Positions 39,539-50,066 of a stretch of DNA of 64,000 nt are shown piece by piece. The notes under the pieces are model-generated. The model was not told where the DNA came from. It did not search any database and was given only the letters and a program-made list of their open reading frames with translations. The translations under genes and the position numbers were made by a program. Origin of the DNA: Candidatus Latescibacterota bacterium (lineage in GTDB: Bacteria; Latescibacterota; UBA2968); the NCBI GenBank assembly GCA_965198115.1, contig OZ240241.1, positions 4,160,001-4,224,000 of the forward strand, read 5' to 3'. Positions within the stretch are counted from its first letter, which is position 1. Every line of letters starts with the position of its first letter.

Positions 39539-39661
39539 TGCACTCACCTCTCTTTCAGGCGTTTCGATTGCGGTACTATCTGAGTTTCTTCCAAACCTTG
39601 TTACTGCGAGCAGACCGTGGGTTCCATCCGCGTTCCGACGTTCTGCTGCTTGAAGCATTAG

Positions 39662-39677
39662 TGCAGGTTTTATGCCA
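39662..39677 (-). promoter_or_regulatory. sigma54 promoter for the porin operon
   Basis: TGGCATAAAACCTGCA (GG-N10-GC); candidate UAS at 39741-39758 and 39760-39777. Confidence 0.6.
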
Positions 39678-39945
39678 ATCATCTATCTATCAGAAACCGT
39701 TGTTCGATGCGGCAGCACCGTCGGCGCACTGCGATCGGTCTGTGACCTGAAAGTCCCGATGTGACCGCAAGCCCTCAGCTGGACATCAAAAAACCCACTC
39801 AATGAGTGGGGGACGGATTCATCGGTACGTCTCGACGCTGGAGCGATTTCGGCCGTCGTATCAGGCTTCTATCAAGCACGAGACGCTGTTTCTTCCCGCG
39901 TTCATCTCAAGCTCGCCGTGAGACTCTCAAAATCGGAGCCCTTCA

Positions 39946-41048
39946 CTACATACGCGTCCGCCCACCGATCTCACAATGCTGGCGGTGCTTCGCGATCAGC
40001 GAGGACCGCGGTTCAAAGTCACAAAACGGCTCCTCGGCCATATAGTTTCCCGTCTCGCCGAGCGCACGGGCGCGACACCCCGCACACGTTTCGATACTCG
40101 CAGAGCCCACACTTGCCCTCGACCTCATCGGGGTTTCTCAACTCCGAGAACAACGACGCGTTCGCCCAGATATCCTCCAGCGACTGCTCGCGGATGTTAC
40201 CTGCTGCAACTGGGAAATACCCGCACGGCTGTACGTCACCCTTGTAGGACACAAAGCACACCGCCGACCCGGCAAGACACCCCCTCGTCATCGCTGCCAT
40301 CCCATCGGTCTTGGGTGTGATGTGGCGACCTTCCTCACGCGCCTTCTGACGAATGACCCGATAGTAATGGGGGGCGCAGGTGGCTCTGATTTCGAGCGAC
40401 GACCTGCGCGATGCCTCGTAGATCCAGGACAGCACCTGCTCATAATCTCGCCCCGTGATCTGCTGCTCTTCCGTGATCTCCAGACCCGCAGCCGACGGGG
40501 ACGAGCAGGAAAAAGTGCAGGGCTTTTGCGCCCTGTCGTTCAGTCAGGTCAAGAATCGCTTCGAGCTCTTCCACGTTGTGGCGTGTGACGGTCGTGTTGA
40601 TCTGCAGCTCCACATCGTTCGCACGCAGCAGCCGGCTACCCTCCATCGCCGCCTCGAACGCCCCAGAGACACCGCGGAACGTGTCGTGTGTGGAAGCCTG
40701 CACGCCGTCCAGACTGATGCTCACACGTCGTATGCCCGCGCCGGCAATGTCGGCGGCGATCTCGGGATCGATCAGCGTCCCGTTCGTCGCCAGGGCCACT
40801 CGCAGCCCCGCGTCGCTGGCGAAGCGTGCGATGTCGAGGATGTCGGGCCGATACAGAGGCTCGCCTCCGCTCAGCACGAGAATCGGCGAAGCGAACGAGA
40901 CGATGTCCTCTACGAGAGCGAACGCCTCGGCCGTCGAAAGCTCGTCGGGCGCCCGGCCGGGCGTAGCGGTCGCGCGACAGTGGGCGCAGCGCAGGTTGCA
41001 TCCGAGCGTGGTCTCCCAAAAGACGAGTCGCAGATCGGGTCCGATCAT
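39946..41048 (-). pseudogene. ahbD: Radical SAM heme synthase AhbD (NirJ2-like), two G-run frameshifts
   Basis: [67 protein letters not shown]. Confidence 0.85.
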
Positions 41049-41082
41049 CGCTCTTCCTGACGTCCTGATCTTCGGTTGAAGC

Positions 41083-41193
41083 TCAGGGTTCGAGGGTGGC
41101 CCATATCCCATAGCGGTCACCATATATCATCAGAAGCACGGGCAGGACCAGAAACAGTTCCAGACCTGTCACGACCACGAGGCGAAATACCAT
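41083..41193 (-). CDS. 36-aa single-TM small protein upstream of ahbD
   Basis: MVFRLVVVTGLELFLVLPVLLMIYG...; G-rich RBS; lies between a sigma54 promoter and ahbD. Confidence 0.35.
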   Translation of the reverse strand: MVFRLVVVTGLELFLVLPVLLMIYGDRYGIWATLEP

Positions 41194-41266
41194 CGTCTTC
41201 AATCGTCCCCCCTGATTCGTTAGGTAAACGGGCGTTGTCCAGCGTGGGCACACTCCAATCGCCTGG

Positions 41267-42756
41267 TCAGATGGGCAAATTATGTACCACGTCACGAAGG
41301 TTGCTATCAGGCGCGAAAACGCCTTTGGACTGCGAGGTTCCTGCGTGACTCAACCAGGCGGCGGCGTGTAAATGGGACGCGGAAGTCACACGCGCCACGT
41401 AGATTATTGAGGGGCTGGTCTTGAACAGAGTAATCGCGAGCAACAGAACGGCCACGATCCCGATCGGCCCAGACAGACCGAACGAGACGGCGAGAAAGGT
41501 GGGGGGTACCCCCGAACGGGTCAGGGGCGATTCAAGCAGGAGCGGAACGATCCTCAGCACAGCAGCCAGAGTCCAGAGAAGGGTCGCAGGCCAGAGACCC
41601 GACGAGCGTGGATAAAGCCCGGAATCATGCGAGGCGCCATACCGAACAGCAGCGTCGTTAAAAACCCGGCGAGATAAACGTGACGAAGTGCGTCGGCGTC
41701 GACCCAAAGCGCGCGACCGGCACCCGTCTGGACGCCGGTCACCACCTCGAGGACGGCCGCGACGGTCAGCCAGCCATAGGCTACATAGAGCGCCCACTCG
41801 AACCGTCCGAATTCACCCCGATCGGGCAGCCCGATGCGAGTTGGATGGGGCCTCCGGTGGCCTCGGCCAAACGATCGATCGTCCAGGGCGGTCTTCGCCG
41901 CAACAGGATGTCGAGCTTCCAGACGAAATAGAGCAGCACGACTCCTTTGGTCACGTGACCCAGCCAGGCTACGCCAACCTGGTCGACGCTCGGAACCACT
42001 CGATGCGCCACCACCATCACGGCGGCTCCGACATACACAAGGGATGCCTTTGCCACGGGCCAGTCGATCGGAGGAAGCCGGAGATAGAGAGGAAACGTGC
42101 GGACGGAGAAGGCGAGTGCAACGGGAACGAGCGTCAGCGCCAGGAACAGATCGATGGCGGTCCGATTCCAGGTCAGATCCACGATCGCCGTTCTGGCGTA
42201 CATGGCGTCGATTGAAATCGCGCCGTTGATGGCCCGTAGCTCAACCACCCTACCATCGCCGCTACCAGAAGCGGGCGCACAGCGGCGAGGGCAGCGCGCT
42301 GATCGGACGCACGGAGAACGATGAAGATCGCCGTCCCGACATAGAGAACGATGGCAAGCGCCGTCAGCAGGCCGGAGACACCGATGACCACCGGACCGAC
42401 ACCGAGATCGACCCCCAGACCAGTCATACTTTGACCGACTGCGCGAGTCACCACGCCGACAAACAGAAGACCCACCGTAAGTTGCACCACAGCCGGTCGA
42501 GGCAGCGGTATGCCGGCCAGCCTGGGTACGAAGTAGAGGCTGACGCCCACGATGAACAGCCCGAGCCAGCCCATAAGCTGGGCGTGACCGTGCCTAGAGA
42601 ACGGGCAGCCACCACGTACCGACGGACAGCCCGAAGCCCACGTGGATCGACAGAATCGTCGCGAACCCGAACCCGGCTGTCAGTGCGATCGCCGTTGCCG
42701 TCGTGACTGCGCCGAACCCGAAGTCCGCGTATCCTCCGGCGCGGCCCTTTTGACAT
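41267..42756 (-). pseudogene. NnrS-like multi-TM protein, several frameshifts (3' end uncertain)
   Basis: GHAQLMGWLGLFIVGVSLYFVPRLAG; DALRHVYLAGFLTTLLFGMAPRMIPGF. Confidence 0.65.
41274..41289 (-). promoter_or_regulatory. sigma54 promoter upstream of ahbD
   Basis: TGGTACATAATTTGCC; candidate UAS TGGGAC-N6-GTCACA at 41373-41390. Confidence 0.7.
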
Positions 42757-42827
42757 CGCCGTGTGTCTTCTCGGTTCACGGACGAAAAGTAGGTCTCGCA
42801 CAAGGGTCGTCAAGAACGACGAAGACC

Positions 42828-43666
42828 TCAGGCAGCGGTCAGTTCCTGCGCGCGGCGTTTCAGCCGCCTCATCGCCAAGGTCTTAATCTGACGGACGCGC
42901 TCGCGGCTCAAATGCATCTCGCGACCGATTTCCGCGAGATTGCCCTCTCCGTTCCCCTCGAGCCCGTAATACCGTCTGACGACCGAAGCCTCCCGGTCGG
43001 GCAACCCTGTCAGCAGGATATCGACCTCCTCGTCTTCGGCGATGTGCTCGAGGATATTGGGCGTCTTGTAAACATCGTCGAACGTGGTCTTGACCAGTCG
43101 TCGTTCCCCGTCGGGCAGCGAATCAGAACTCGTGGTCGAGGGAGGATGCGTCCTGGGCGTTCTTCAGAGCCATCAGAACACTCCCCACGGGCTCGCCGAT
43201 TTTCGCAGCCACGTCCTCCGGGCCGGGAGGATATTCCAGTGATTGATGAAGATCGCGAAAAGCCCGCTGAACCTTGTGGATCAGCTCCTGAACGTGTGCA
43301 GGCAGGTGGACGGGGCCGGCTTCCTTCATCCAGCGCACGGCCCACGTACCGTCGGATCCACCAGCTCGCATATGTAATGAAGCGTGCGCCGTTTCTGCTG
43401 TCGAATCGGTCGGCGGCTTCGATCAGACCCTGGTTCGCCGCACTGATCAGCTCGTCGAGGGACAGACCGCGGCCCTGGTAACTCTTCGCCATCGCCACAC
43501 CGAAACGCAGGTTCGCCGTCACCAACTCGTTCCGCGCCTGCAGGTCTCCTTCCTGAATGCGTTGGCCCAGCGCCTTCTCGTCCTCGCGTGAAAGCGGGCA
43601 CGTTTTCCGCACGTCCCTGAAGTAGGCCGCGATACCAGCCTGATCGCCCTGGTTATAGAATGCCAT
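42828..43666 (-). pseudogene. Group 1/2-like sigma70 factor, frameshifted
   Basis: YFRDV..PLSREDE, ARNELVTANLRF, GLIEAADRFD..RFITYASWWIR; region 4 LAEIGREMHLSRERVRQI. Confidence 0.85.
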
Positions 43667-44084
43667 TGGAGACCTCTACTTTGCGATGTGGGATTCCGTG
43701 CTGTGCGATACGCCCTACTGCTCCTACCAGGCGTTCTAGATCGACGGGCTTCCGAAAGTGATGGACCACGTGCTCGTTCGCAATCAGACGAGCCTCTCTC
43801 TCATTCGGAGGGTTCGAGAGCACGACCACGGGAAGATCGGGTTTCGCCCTCCTCAGTATCTGAAGTGTCTGTTTGCCATCGAGGTCCATCAGGTCAAGAT
43901 CCATCACCACGAGATCGAACGGGTCCTCGAGGGCACGATAAAGTAGTCTGCCGCTGCGGGGTGTTGCCGCGACGCGACAGTCCCGGGTTCGCAAAAGGCG
44001 CGAAACCCGGTCCAGCAAGGACAGGTCCGCACTCGCAACCAGAACACGCGGCCGAAGGTCAGGTTCCACCACGAGACCGGCCAC
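43653..44084 (-). CDS. Single-domain response regulator (atypical receiver)
   Basis: FDLVVMDLDLMDLDG, PVVVLS, FRKPVD; first acidic pair absent. Confidence 0.75.
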   Translation of the reverse strand: MAGLVVEPDLRPRVLVASADLSLLDRVSRLLRTRDCRVAATPRSGRLLYRALEDPFDLVVMDLDLMDLDGKQTLQILRRAKPDLPVVVLSNPPNEREARLIANEHVVHHFRKPVDLERLVGAVGRIAQHGIPHRKVEVSNGIL

Positions 44085-44088
44085 CTCC

Positions 44089-44829
44089 CTACCGCCTTGC
44101 CTTTAGACGAAACCGAATGGCTCTGGCCATCCTGACCGCAACGGCCCTGTCATTTTGAATCGCGGGCTTGAACCGAAATTGGGCAACCGCCGTCACGGCT
44201 GGCTGGTAGAAGATCACCGGACCCTTGAGAACGATCACATCGCGGACGGTGCCATCCCGTCCGACGACGAACTCGACGAAGACGGTCCCTTCCAGACCGG
44301 CCCGACTTGCCACATCAGGATAGATCGGCAGTACCTCCTTCACGAGGACGGGGGACTCTTCGACGGCCCAGAACTCCACGACCTCCTCCCCCATTGCCTC
44401 TTCGTCGAAGCGACCAGGCGGAGGGGGCGGGGGAAGGTTCAGATTGACGTCATCGAAGTCCAGGTCCGTCGATTCGATCGTGATGTCATCCGGCACGTCA
44501 TCACTCTCCGTCTCGATGGGAACGGCCGGACGAGCGGGAGGCGGGGGACGGACCATCTGGCGAGTCTCGGGAATGTCGGCCACGTCGATCACCGTCTGGA
44601 CTCGCCTCCCCCGTATCTGCTGAGCTTCGAGCTCCGGGAACCAGACGGCCAGGGCGATGTGCAGGATGAACGTCAACAGACAGCTGGCCTGGAATGTCCT
44701 GCGGTAAGACAGCTTCAAGTCGGCTGAAGGATGTTTGGTCCGGATCACTCGATCGTCGATCCAGACGATAGCCATCAGCTCGGGGTCTGCGCGTCGCTCG
44801 GCCACGGGATCGATCGTTGCGGGGGTCAC
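44089..44829 (-). CDS. tonB: Energy transducer TonB
   Basis: TM anchor, Pro-rich linker, PIYPDVASRAGLEGTVFVEFVV..FRFKPA. Confidence 0.9.
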   Translation of the reverse strand: MTPATIDPVAERRADPELMAIVWIDDRVIRTKHPSADLKLSYRRTFQASCLLTFILHIALAVWFPELEAQQIRGRRVQTVIDVADIPETRQMVRPPPPARPAVPIETESDDVPDDITIESTDLDFDDVNLNLPPPPPPGRFDEEAMGEEVVEFWAVEESPVLVKEVLPIYPDVASRAGLEGTVFVEFVVGRDGTVRDVIVLKGPVIFYQPAVTAVAQFRFKPAIQNDRAVAVRMARAIRFRLKARR

Positions 44830-45820
44830 GGTTGACCTCCTTCCATCTCGAACCCACAGAGGGCGCGCACGTAGCTGGCACGCTCGAACGCCGAATCGGC
44901 CCGGCCGTGTTGGCTCACCCGGCCTCGGAGCTGTGAGATCGAGTCATAGCCGTGGGATGCCAGCCACGAGGTCAGGTCCCCGATGATCTCCTGCACGTGG
45001 GCAATGCCGTGTCTCAGGAGGGCGGAGGTCATCATCGTCACCCGGGCCCCAGCCATCAGCATTTTCAATACCTCCTCGGCCGAGTGGACGCCGCCGGACG
45101 CCGCGAGATCTGCCTCCACAGTCCCGTGGAGAGCGGCGATCCATCGGGCGGGCAATCGCGCGGCACCGGGATCACTCAGCTGTATGCCCGGGACGACCTC
45201 CAGCGTTTCGAGGTTGATATCGGGCAGACACGGCCGACTGAAGAAGACGATCCCGTCGGCGCCAGCGCCGTCCAGACGATGCACGACGTGGGCGAGTGAA
45301 CTGAAGAAAGGGGCAAGCTTGATCGAAACTGGGATGTTCACGCTCTTTTTGACGTCGGAGAGGATATTGAGATAGCGATGCTCCACACGCTGCCGGGCTG
45401 AAGGGGGTCCGCTGCGATATAATGGATGTTCAACTCCAGGGCATTGGCGCCCGCCGCCTCTACGCCCCGTGCGTAATCGATCCACGTGCCCGTCGTCACG
45501 CCATTGAGGCTCGCGATGATCGGAATGTCCACCGCGTCCTTTGCGCGCGAGATGTGCTCCAGATACTCGTAGGGGGTTTCGACATCCCGTTCGGGCAAGT
45601 CGAAGAGTTCCCCATAGCCGTCGACGCGATAGCGACGGTATGGAAACACTTCGCGGATTTCCTTGCGGATCTGCTCTTCGAACAGGGAGAACAGCACGAC
45701 CGCCGCAACGCCTGCGTCTTCCATCGAGCGAATGCTGTCGAGGTCTTCGGAGAGGGGCGACGCTGATGCAATGATCGGATTCTTCAACTCGAAGCCGAGG
45801 TAGGTCGTCGTCAGATCCAT
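44826..45820 (-). pseudogene. Dihydroorotate dehydrogenase-like flavoprotein, one frameshift
   Basis: MDLTTTYLGFELKNPIIASASPL, SLFEEQI, IIASLNG, ALELNI; IPVSIKLAPFF, AASGGVH, FERASY. Confidence 0.85.
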
Positions 45821-45869
45821 TGGTCCCCCCTTGTAGTGGTCGGCTGAAGCAGCATCTTCTCCCTCGGCG

Positions 45870-45885
45870 AGCAACGGGTGTGCCA
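45870..45885 (-). promoter_or_regulatory. sigma54 promoter for the DHODH-like/tonB/RR/sigma/nnrS operon
   Basis: TGGCACACCCGTTGCT, consensus match. Confidence 0.8.
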
Positions 45886-45929
45886 CCTGCAGAGGTCGCC
45901 GAAAGGGCCGAATCGGGGGGCTTCGCACT

Positions 45930-47195
45930 TAGTACTCCTGTTCGCAAATACGGTGACGTATTCTAAGCAGACTTTGCCAAGGGCGTATCGTAGAACCTGA
46001 GTTTGTCGATCATCTCCGCGAGATCTGTTCGTGTGAACTTCCATTTGAAGGGTGTGGCGATACGTCCGTAGCGTTCCTGAAAACCGAGGATTCTTGCCTC
46101 AAGCTCTTCGAGCGATGCAAATTCGATAGGTGTCAGAGCCTTGCGTTTGAGGATCGAGAAGTAGATCTCGATCTGATTGAGCCAGCTTGCGTGGATCGGA
46201 AGGTGAACGGGGTGGATGTTTGGCCACTTCCCCTGGATACGGTCGATGCATGTTTGCCCTCGGTGCGAGGAGCCATTATCCACGATGAGGTAGACTTTCT
46301 TTGCCGAGCAATAGGGTTTCCGGCTCATGATCAGGCTCAGGAGCCGGTTGAAGGGCTCGATACCCGAAGAAGACTCACAGAGACCGAAGATTCGACCATT
46401 GTGCACGTCGAGAGCAGCCAGATAGGCCAGGGCTCCTTTCCGCTCGTATTCGTGTTTCAACGCGTGCCGCTCTGTTCGAGGCTGGCGGTAGGGTAACGTG
46501 CTTGCGAGCTCGTGCTTGAATACTGGTCTTTTCGTCGGCAGAAAGTACATATTCCCTCGGCCCTAAAGGCTTTCCTTGCCATTGGCGGTGATACAGATCA
46601 AGGACTCTACCTGCTTTGGTTTGGAAGTCCGGGTCCCGTGGGAAAATCCAGGAGCGATGATACCAAGGACGAATCGCGTCCTCGTTCAACCAGCGCCAGA
46701 CAGTGGCGCCGCTGATCTTGGCAACGAAGCCCCTTTGCACTGCCTCGGCGGCAATCTCGGAACAGCTGAACCGCGAGAGCGGTATCCCGCTCTCGCTCGG
46801 TAGTTCACACGCCAGCGCCTTGATCTGAACGACCACCTGAGGGGGGAAAACCGGGCGGGCGCCCGGGACGAGATCTATCTTCGAGTCCCGAAAGACGCTC
46901 TTCGAAAAAGCGCTTACGCCATTTGCTTACGATCGGACGCGGAACATCCAACCGTTGGGCGATAATCTTGTTGGATAATCCCTCGGCGGCGAGAAGCACG
47001 ATTTTCGATCGGATCACTTGATAATACGGTAACGTATATTGTCCAGCCATTCGCTCGAGGTCGACCCGTTCCTTCTCAGACAGTAGCACCACATAAGGCG
47101 AACGTCTTGGCATTGTTCTCCTCCTTTTGAAGGAGAACATAAGCTACAAATAATGTTCAGGACATACGTAATAATGTTTATGAAACCATGCACTA
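45930..47195 (-). mobile_element. IS630-family insertion sequence, copy 2
   Basis: Same 1266-bp length and ends as copy 1; identical translated ORFs; three substitutions noticed. Confidence 0.93.
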
Positions 47196-47340
47196 AGCTA
47201 CAGGGTTCCACACCGGGACAACTGTGACAGTCGTGTCTCAGAACTCGGTCCGAGCGCACACCTCGTCCGTACGGAAAGGGCCGCCCACGACTCCAGTCGT
47301 GAGCGGCCCGTAAACAACCGCTGCTTCCGGCTCTCTGGGG

Positions 47341-48489
47341 CTAGGCCTCCACCACTGCGCTTCTCCTTCTTCGCCCCTTCAGGGCGTTGAGGGACACGCG
47401 CTGCGCGATGAACCCCAGGATCGTTTCGAGACTCTCCCGAGATTTCCCGAGGAATCGAAATCGACCAAACCGGCATCCACCGTCGTCACCTTCGCCAGCC
47501 ACCCTTTCAGGAAGGCTGGGCCCTCGTCGCCGGGATGGAGCCTGATAAGATCCCCTTCCTCCATCGTGACAGGGCTCTCCAGGACCAGGCCGCTCCCGCT
47601 CAGTTCGACCAACCGGACCGGGATCTCCGCCAGGTCCGGAAACTTGTCGAAGAGTCCGTCCGTGGGAGTCCCTCGACCATAAGTCGAACCCGGAAGGTGG
47701 GTCACCGTCGCCCCCAAATCCAGATCGCAACTGAAAATCTTCCGGCCTTTGCTATGGACCAGCTCGTCGTCGTGCTCCAGGACCAAGTAGGGTAGAGGCC
47801 TTTCATACTCCTTCAGAACTTGTGTCTTGAAACGGCACTCGCCGCCATCCGGCGACCAGAAGAAAGCCCACACTGGATGGCGAGGCCTGATCCGGACGAC
47901 ACCTTCTCCCTCCCGAAACGGCTCGGTGTAGATCGCAAGGTCGTTGAGTTCCAGAATCTCCGCTGAGCAGACGGAATCCCGATGTGCTTCGTGCCAGCAC
48001 GAAGAGTTTCTGGCCGAGCAAGAGATGCCGGGTGTTCCTCGGACGCCGGTCAGCCCGGATATAACGAAACCCCATTTTCTCACGTACAGCCGCCATCCGA
48101 TCGACCGCATCTCCCAGCTTCAGCCAAGGCAGCTTCCGAGCTCGTCGCACGTAGGCTCGTGCGGCCTTATCGAACCCGTCGAGTGAGGAAAGAACCGTCT
48201 CCGGATCGAGGTCGGGCACCGCGTCGGCCATGGCCTCCACGAGCCTGCGCTCCTTTGGATCGAACGCATTCTGATCCGCTATCTTTTCGAGTTGGTCGAA
48301 CCCCCACAAGAGACGCTTCCGGCGTCGGATTCGCTGGCGAACCGTGTTGGCAACGAGTGGGAGGAGTACCAGCAGAACCAGCACGATTCCGACCAAAAGA
48401 ACCGTATGACCGACCGGATCCTCGCGGTCCTGGAGCTTCTGCAGCACGGGTCCGAATCCTTCCACCTTTAGAGGTATGAACGAAACCAC
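47341..48489 (-). pseudogene. Membrane-anchored PilZ/YcgR-like protein, two frameshifts
   Basis: N-terminal TM; FKTQVL..PYLVLEH; GRKIFS..LVELSGSGL (degenerate RxxxR / DxSxxG). Confidence 0.5.
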
Positions 48490-48592
48490 GATCGCCTCCT
48501 AGGTCCACCGTCACAGTGTTGAACATCCCGACCAGGTTTCTCTTTTAGACACGGGCTTCGAATCGCCTGCGGCGCCCACAGCCCCAAGCAGG

Positions 48593-48608
48593 AGCAAGGT
48601 GTGTGCCA
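48593..48608 (-). promoter_or_regulatory. sigma54 promoter
   Basis: TGGCACACACCTTGCT, consensus match. Confidence 0.75.
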
Positions 48609-48629
48609 CACCTGCGCGGTCACACAGCA

Positions 48630-48656
48630 CAAAAAAAGCCCGCCTCGACAGCGGGC
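48630..48656 (-). terminator. Rho-independent terminator after the sigma54 activator
   Basis: GCCCGC-loop-GCGGGC followed by a T7 run on the minus strand. Confidence 0.65.
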
Positions 48657-48680
48657 CCCATCCGCGCGCGATCCGATACC

Positions 48681-50066
48681 CTATTGTGAAAAGCTGGATG
48701 CGTCGATGCCGTGCTTGGCGAGGAGCCGATGGAGGGAACGGCGGTCGATGCCGCTGGTCGCGGCAGCGCGGGAGATGTTTCCACCGTGATTCGCTAAAAG
48801 GTGTTCGATGTACTCCCTCTCGAACCCTTCGATGACAGCCTCTTTGGCTTCCTTGAAAGGAAGATGAAGCCGAGACCTGGCGATTCCACCCGTGGCGCCT
48901 CCACCCCTCAACTCCTCGGGCAGATGGTCCACGCCGACGCTCGGCCCGTCGCACAAGGCAACGGCACGTTCGATCACGTGCTGCAGCTCGCGCACGTTGC
49001 CGGGCCAGGCATAGCGCAGCAGAACGTCGAGGGCTTCGCTCGAGATATCGCCCGGACGATCGTCTGAGTACACCCGTAAAAAGTGACGTGCGAGGAGCTC
49101 GATGTCGTCGCCTCTCTCCCGGAGAGGGGGAACGTGAATATCGAATGTGTTGATCCGATAGAAGAGATCTTCACGAAATTTTCCCTCGTCGATCAGTCGC
49201 GCGCAGTCCTGGTTGGTCGCCGAGATCAGCCGGATGTCGATTGAGCGCTCTTTGTTGCTCCCGACCCTGCGAATCTGTCGTTCCTCAAGAACGCGCAGAA
49301 ACTTCACCTGCAGGTCGGTCGGCAACTCTCCGATCTCGTCCAGAAAGAAGGTTCCGCCGTTCGCGTGTTCCATCAGCCCCGCGCGCGTCGAGGTCGCTCC
49401 CGTAAACGCGCCCTTTTCGTGTCCGAACAGTTCACTTTCGACCAGATGCTCGGGCAGCCCCCCGCAATTCAGCGGCACGAAGGCCCCCGTCTTGCGCGGG
49501 CTGTTGGCGTGGATGCTGCGGGCGATCAGTTCCTTCCCCGTCCCGCTCTCGCCCGTCACGAGCACGTTCGCCTGGGTGCCGGCGATCCTTCGGATCAGAT
49601 CAAACATATGCTGCATGGGCGCGCTCCGACCGATGATCTGGTCGAAGCTGAACTTCACCTCCAGTTGTTCCTGAAGCGCACGGTTCTCGCCGGCCAGCCG
49701 ACGATGTTCGAGCGCCCGACTGACGGACAGAAGGAGATGATCGGGCGTGAACGGCTTGGTGATGAAGTCGAACGCCCCCTCCTTCATTGCCTCGACGGCG
49801 TCGTTGATCGTCCCGTAGCCTGTGAACATCAGCACCATGATATCGGGCTGATTCTCCCGCAGACGTCGCAGCAACTCCATGCCATCCATTCCAGGCATTT
49901 TGAGGTCGGTAATGACCAGGTCCGGCGCAAACGCATCGGCCGTTTCGAGCTCTTTCCGACCGTCCTCGGCCACACGCACGGCGAAGCCTTCGCGTTCCAA
50001 AAACCTCTGGCACGTGCTCAGCATATCTGGTTCCTCGTCGACTACTAAAACGCGTCCTTTAGACAA
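48681..50066 (-). CDS. sigma54-dependent response regulator (NtrC family bEBP)
   Basis: REC (ITDLKMP), GESGTGKE, ESELFGHEKGAFTGA, FLDEI, WPGNVREL, Fis HTH. Confidence 0.95.
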   Translation of the reverse strand: MSKGRVLVVDEEPDMLSTCQRFLEREGFAVRVAEDGRKELETADAFAPDLVITDLKMPGMDGMELLRRLRENQPDIMVLMFTGYGTINDAVEAMKEGAFDFITKPFTPDHLLLSVSRALEHRRLAGENRALQEQLEVKFSFDQIIGRSAPMQHMFDLIRRIAGTQANVLVTGESGTGKELIARSIHANSPRKTGAFVPLNCGGLPEHLVESELFGHEKGAFTGATSTRAGLMEHANGGTFFLDEIGELPTDLQVKFLRVLEERQIRRVGSNKERSIDIRLISATNQDCARLIDEGKFREDLFYRINTFDIHVPPLRERGDDIELLARHFLRVYSDDRPGDISSEALDVLLRYAWPGNVRELQHVIERAVALCDGPSVGVDHLPEELRGGGATGGIARSRLHLPFKEAKEAVIEGFEREYIEHLLANHGGNISRAAATSGIDRRSLHRLLAKHGIDASSFSQ

